Assembly: GCA_943704425.1 (NCBI GenBank)
Contig: CALSCP010002497.1
Span: 1 to 64,000 of the forward strand
Source: Ministeria vibrans ATCC 50519
Lineage: Eukaryota; Protista; Filasterea
DNA: 64,000 nt
Direction of reading: 5' to 3'
The notes beneath the pieces are model-generated. The model ran no database searches, was not told where the DNA came from, and was given only the letters and a program-made list of their open reading frames with translations. Shown here piece after piece: positions 58,101-64,000 of the stretch. Position 1 is the first letter of the stretch, and the number at the start of each line of letters is the position of its first letter. A program made the translations under genes and the position numbers.

Positions 58101-59720
58101 TCCACTGCGACAGCGCCAAGTCAAACTGCCACAGGTCAGAGTGAACATTGTATCTATAGGAGAGAGAAATAGTGAGGAAAAAGTATATAAATTATTATAT
58201 ATAATTATATAATTATATTATTATATATAAAACAGGGTAAACCGAATCCATTTGTGGTAGGTACATACTCTTGGAAAAAGATGGAGAGACCGCCCTGAAC
58301 AATGAAGAGATTGGAGGACGAGCTCTGAACAAATGCACTTGCGGAGGCAATGCGGCCGGCCGGGGCTGTGTCCACAGTGGACAGGTCTGTCCAAAGGGTG
58401 TTAGGTGACGACCAAAGCCAGACGGTCGAGAAGATTTGTCCGCTGACTGACGCACCGCCAAAGACAAATAGCGAGTTGGCATACTTGGAAGAGTTGGGAG
58501 TGGGCGTAAGGAGCGCCGCAGACTGACCTGCGCGCTGCGATGGCTGGGCGCCCTGCGGTGTCAGGACTGTCCAGTTGCCATTGTCGATGTTGTATGAGAG
58601 CATTTCATTCGCCTCAAACGAGTTCCCTAGCAAAAAGACACACATCAGTTGATCTTTTTTGTTGTCTTGATCCTTCCCATCGCATCTTCCTTGTACATAC
58701 CTGAACCGACTCCCCCGTAGAGAATAATCTCGAGCGGTCCCACCTGAGTGAAAGATGCGCTCATGCGCCCGATGGTGCCAGTGCAAGCGTCGGCGAGCAG
58801 TCGCCAGTCGTACTGGCCAGACCTGCTTTGCTCAAAGACCCACAGGTCATCAAAGAGAGTCAGCTTTTCGTTACGCCCACCAAAGAGAAACACGCGCGAC
58901 TGTCCAAAGAGAAATGACGACGCCATGGCGTGGTAGGCGCGCGCCTGTGGACGGCTCGTCACGTTGGCGGGCGACCATGCGAGTGTGCGGCTGTCAAAGA
59001 GCCACGTTTCGTTGCACACGGTCACAGGCAATGATAGGTTACGTTGACCACCAAACAATACCAAGACGGAGTCGCTGAACGTGGCGGCCGCGTGTGCAAA
59101 GCGAGGCGAAGGCGCATAGCCGGAAGTGTGATGTGGGGTCCACGTATTGCCAAACGTAGAGTAAAGCCATGTGTCTTGGAACACTGTCTCCGAGTCCCGT
59201 CCGCCAAAGAGCACACCCACAGACTCCACCTGGTTCCCAATCAAGCGCGTCAGAGAGGACGAGTAGCTGCAGAGAACAGCAAACAAACAAAACACAATCA
59301 TTTAGCGAACTTTGACCAGTGTCTTTGATACCGTCCAGGAGGGGGGCTTTGGCCGGCGTCGAGCACCAGATACTCCCAGGTATTGGAATCGGGGGAGAAT
59401 CGCCCTGTAGTGGGACGAGAAGCGAAGCGTATGAGACGATCAGGTGCGTGTTGACGCAATGTGTCATCTTGCAGTGCCGTACAGGTGTCATTGTAGCTCT
59501 CCGAGTAGCCATTCCAGCCACCAAACACCATAAAGAAGGGAATTGAATCACCGCCCGTTGAAAGAAGCGGCATCGACGACGACGCGGCAAAGCTGCGAGC
59601 AGATGGGGCATCCATATTATTGGTCAGCGTCCACCAGTCATTCAATCCGCTGGGGCCCGTCACCAACGACGTCGCAGTCGCAACAATCGTCAGCACAAAT
59701 ATAAACAGCACCCGTTGCAT
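55154..59720 (-). CDS. Receptor-like TKL kinase: signal peptide, 12 Kelch repeats, ephrin-receptor-like Cys-rich repeat, EGF, TM, Raf-like kinase (multi-exon)
   Basis: Signal MQRVLFIFVLTIVATATS; twelve hhFGG/YGG Kelch cores; CPPGQY..CTPCPLGYYS..CASCP; EGF CHNKGSC...CSCNAGY; TM IFIGVALAIAVIVVVVVVIV; kinase ASGASG, VAIK, HRDLKTPNLL, DFG, GTLLWQAPE, SDVYSF, CW...RPSF. Confidence 0.9.
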
Positions 59721-59862
59721 CGCGAAAGACGAGAAGCTAATAAATTAATGAAAATGTACAATTGACAGAATTGTACCTATGAACTTGAAAATTGAATAAA
59801 ACTCAAAGTTTCACAGTTTTCTCGCAGAAGAAGTATCTCATTATCTCCAACTCGAAAAGAAC

Positions 59863-60564
59863 ATGTTTGGCTGGCTCAGTGGACGTGGATCAACCCCTGC
59901 AGGCGGCGCGCCCCGTGGCGGCTCTCGCGAAGAGTCATCCCACGTGGAATTCTCGCCCGACTCCGGTCTGCTCGACGACAACGACCAGCCCACAGCGCCC
60001 TCGGCCACGGCCAGCGCCCCGGCGCACGTCGAAGACTACAGCTCCAATGACAGGCTCCTGAACGTGCCTGGTAAGCAGCATGCGCTCCCATTTTCCGCTC
60101 CTGTCGACTTCCACAGAGGACATCGTCAAAGGTCAGGAGAGTGCCCGATTCAAGGTAGACAATGAGAGAGGCGAGAAACACGCACTGTTGNNNNNNNNNN
60201 AGCCCACCAAGAAAAAAAAAAAAAAAAATCGCACTTACTCTGTGTGCTATTCGCCCTCTGTGGCCCTCTGTAGTGAACCCGTCAACACGAGGATCAACAT
60301 TGTCGCCGTATGCGTTCGATCCGATGCATATGTCGCCCTTGAATGGACAGGGTGGACTCGAATACGTTTTCCCTGACAATGCGTCGGGCCTTCGTGCGCC
60401 CAGCTGGGGCCAGCGCCTCTGCTACGGTACGCCTCTCCCCGCCCACCTGTCCACCCCTTGTGTGTTATTCCGCTCTCCGCATTCACGCGCGTCATTCGTG
60501 CCCAGGCAACTGTGCGCGTTGACTCGACACCTTTTAATCATTTGTCATGCGCCACCAAAACTAA

Positions 60565-60601
<37 letters not shown>

Positions 60602-61008
60602 GTCTTTTTCGCTTCGGTTTGTCCCTCGTAACAGGCACCGGCGTGTCGTATCTTGCGGGTCTCACTACCGGTACCGTCTGGGGTCTGCGTGAAGGGTTGC
60701 AAAATGCTTCTGCGGCGCAGTCAAGAAAGCTGCAACTCAACGCAGTGCTCAACTCGGTGACGCGTCGTGGACCCTTCCTGGCCAACTCGCTGGGCTCCGT
60801 TGCGTTCATCTACAACGGCATCAACGGTGGCTACATCTACTTCACCGAAAACAACACACCAGTCAACACCATTGGCAGTGCCATCATCACAGGGCTGCTC
60901 TTCAAGAGCACCGCCGGTGTCCGTGCCATGGCGCTCGGTGCCGCCATGGGTGCACTTCTATCCACTGCCTTTGTCGCTAAGGACTTTGTCGCTGCAGATA
61001 TCTTCTAA
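59863..61008 (+). CDS. TIM23: Mitochondrial inner-membrane translocase TIM23; exons 59863-60070, 60274-60426, 60635-61008
   Basis: LEYVFP...SWGQRLCYGTGVSYLAG...GLREGL...RKLQLNAVLNSVTRRGPFLANSLG.VAFIYN...GLLFKSTAG. Intron 1 contains an N gap. Confidence 0.93.
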
Positions 61009-61188
61009 CTATTCCACACGCACACACATCACAATTGTACCATCACAACTTCCTGTAAAACTGAAACATCCTTTTTTTTCTCTGAAAATTTACACTATAA
61101 CAATGGAAAAGGAAAGAGAGAGGGAGGGGAGGGAGTGAAGCACAAAAAAATAACAAGACAAACCAAAAAGAAAATAAGATGCAGGGAT

Positions 61189-61443
61189 TCATGTAGTGGA
61201 TGAGGCAGGGGGGAAGACCTCGTCCTTGAGCTGAGGTAGGAACTTGCTTGTGACAGTCCAGGTAAGCAGCCAAAGGTCTTCGTGGCGATGGATGGGTGTT
61301 GCACCCGCACTGTGCGGGTCTACCAAAATGTCTGAGGTTTTCATCACCAGAAGCACGTTCTTCATCGACTCCGGAATCGCCTCCGCCTACAAATTGGATG
61401 TAAGTAATTTATCGTGCAAAAGAAAACACAGTAATAATATTAA

Positions 61444-61485
<42 letters not shown>

Positions 61486-63946
61486 GAATGTGTACCAGTG
61501 AATCGCAGTTTTCAGCTTCCATCAGCTGTTTCATGCTTTGTAGCAGCTGGAGCCACAAATCAGGAAAGTCGTCGAGCTCAAGAAGATCGTTGAGGTGCAG
61601 CAGAAACACCTTGCACAGCAGAGCAGACGTGCGCATGCGCATCTCATCCATCCCTACGCACGTCGTACACATACATATTAATTATATCAATCATTATAAA
61701 ATCATTCTTGTTTCGCCGTACCTTTGGGATCTTGTTGGTACACGTTAGGATTGAGAAGAAGTTGTAGCATGGGGAAGAGGACCTGTTGGAAGCAGGCGTG
61801 CCAGAGAGGTGGACCCAAAGACGCCAGCTTGGGCAGGTTGAGCGCATGTTGTAAGTGCGTGAGCGACGCCTGCCGAGTGGAACGCACAGCGTCCGTGCAC
61901 GCCTGACTCAACATTTGCAGAACGGGACACCAAAACCGACTCCACGCATCGCCGATGGCCAAGGTCGACGACGGCTCCACGGGTGGCATCACCTCGAGCA
62001 TGTGAAAGGCAACGTCGACGGCGTCCACAGGCTCACTGTTGCCCTCGAGCGACTCGGCCACGGTGGGTCGTCGCTGTTGCGCCAGAACACTTGCCAGTTG
62101 CAGACACTTGTCAAAGTTGTACGTATTCAAATGGTTCGTCTCGATCACAATGAAGCGCAGCGTCTCGAGCGATGGCACGCGAGGTGCAGTGCCGGAAGCC
62201 GCAGCGCGCACCGCCAAGTCCAACAGGGCCGCCCACTCGGCGGCACAGTCGCTCAACACGGTCGCATTAAGACGTACAATCTCACGCACACCAAGGGCCA
62301 CCTGCAACGCTAGCGAAGGCACGCCTGCCTCGCCGCTGCCCCCATGTTGTTGCGACGGCGATATCACTTGCAAGTTGAGGTAATCGAGTAGGTGCAGTGC
62401 ATGTGCCATGTCGGGCTCAAGCGCCGTCTTGGTGCCAATGAGACGCTTGCACAGGCGCAACACACCAATGGCTGCTCGCTCTTGGTGCATGGTCGGCTGA
62501 GTCTGCGCCAAGACAGACGCCGCTGCAGACGCCAAAATTGAAGTACCACCTGTGGCAATCGCAGGAGTGTCGGTAGCAGAGGCAGCAGCGACAACCGTCT
62601 GGGCAGCGGCCGCAGCGGCCACCGCCTCTTCCGTCACAAGGATGTTCTGTAGATGGTTGAACACGGTCGTCCACATGGTACACACACGGTCCTTGTTGCG
62701 CACGGTTACCTCGAGAAGTAGTTCGAGGAAGAAGACAGCCGTCTCTTCGTCGTACACACTTCCCGCATCGCGACACGCAGTGGGTCCTTGCGATGCAAAC
62801 ACCAGCGCCTTCACAAGCTCCAACAACGAATCTTCCGACAAAAACCGACTCTCGCCAAACAAGTCCTCCACGCGACAGCTCACTATACATTGTTCAGCCT
62901 AGAAAACATGAACGAAACGAATTCATATATATTTTCAGAACATACTTTTCGATTTTTTTTTTTAACCTGTTCTCGGGCTCGAGACTCGTCGGGAGTCGGC
63001 ATTTCATCGACGGGGTCGTTGGCAAGAGAAAGGTAGTAGGACATGGCAGACCAGATGCTGGTGTCGGCGCCACGGGCGAGATCGCGCGGGGCGGGGCGAC
63101 GGAGAGGCACACGACCAGAGGGAGAGACAAAATCCTCCATTTCAGTCATGGTCTTGGGCAGAAGATGGGCGCGATACAGTTGCTCAAGACACTCAAGAAT
63201 ATCCTTCCAGCCCTCGCGCAAGATATTGCCGTAGTCTCGTGTCAGTGCAAAGAGCGTTGTTGCCGCCAACTGTGCTTTGACATTCGTCCCAAACGCAATC
63301 GCAAGCGACTCGTTCTTCTCCACATTCAGCACCGACGTCAGTTTGCACAATGAGATGACAAGGTTGTCAAACACCTACAAACAAACAAAAACATTCATTG
63401 ATCGGTCGATAAAAAATAAATAAAAACAGAAACAAAATTCCATACTTTGCAGAGGGCATAGTGACCGGAGATGATGGCACACTTTTTGTAGCCGGAGATG
63501 GCACGTTGGACCACAGCTTCGTGCTGGGCAGTCTCAAAGACGTAGGAGATAGCAGTGACGCAGGGGCCCCATAGGAGCATGAATACATCTTGGTCGTAGG
63601 CGTTGGTGTCGACGCAGTGATAGGAGGCGGCCGAGTTGCGACCGCGACGCAACATCTCTTTCCACTGATAGTTCTCGCGCAGTTCGCCGCGGTGCTCTTC
63701 GGGCATGACAATCTCGTTGTACTTGATTGAGTTGTAGATGTCCTCAAGAAAGTCGCGGGGAAAGTCCTTCTTCTCGTTGAGTTTGCGCTGGTTCTTGACA
63801 AAGTCATCAAAGGTCATCTTCTTCTTGATGTTGGGGTGGTGCTGGTCCGTGTTGAGTTGCATAATAGCAAACGACAAAATGTACGTCGCGTCTTCCGTTG
63901 CAAGCACGCCGTCCGCGTTGCATGTAAAATATACTTTAGCAAAGCA
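61189..63946 (-). CDS. GBF1: GBF1/Gea-type large Sec7 ArfGEF, 3' portion; the 5' part lies beyond the window
   Basis: Sec7 end LSFAIMQLNTDQH...YNEIVMPEEH; FDNLVISLCK; AFGTNVKAQLA; GNILREGWK; DEMRMR..LLCKVFLLHL; EAIPESMKNVLLVM; LWLLTW...FLPQLKDEVFP. Confidence 0.94.
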
Positions 63947-64000
63947 CTAAAAAAAGAAAAAGGAAAAAAAAAAAGTTCAACTTAGTAGCGATCTCTTGGG

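Overview
Gene-dense eukaryotic nuclear DNA with spliceosomal introns full of (CA)n, (GA/TC)n and (TAA)n microsatellites and four short N gaps. The gene set (KCNQ channel, synaptogyrin, HAP40, LARGE-type GT49, stathmin-like protein, Kelch/EGF receptor TKL kinase) suggests a unicellular holozoan such as a choanoflagellate or filasterean relative; this is inference. Splicing by hand gives about 21 genes: FRG1 (3' end), a small gene with an apparent in-frame TGA, a CBM-like+GT49 glycosyltransferase, a membrane-anchored JmjC dioxygenase, RNase T2, a compact KCNQ-type K+ channel, Kish-B (truncated), cornichon, GMF, an acylated stathmin-like protein, DHX37, a ~5,900-aa BLTP1/Csf1, RtcB, TMED10, XPC, DNAJC2, HAP40, synaptogyrin, a Myb-PHD-PhyH-AT-hook-HA protein, a 12-Kelch receptor kinase, TIM23 and GBF1 (3' part). 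The best novelty candidate is the five-exon gene at 51751-54950. It joins an apparently intact PhyH-family 2OG/Fe(II) dioxygenase to four chromatin or DNA-binding modules, so it may be an undescribed epigenetic oxygenase. The three genes that appear nested inside the KCNQ gene are most likely a misassembly. All family calls rest on remembered motifs; no database search was run.
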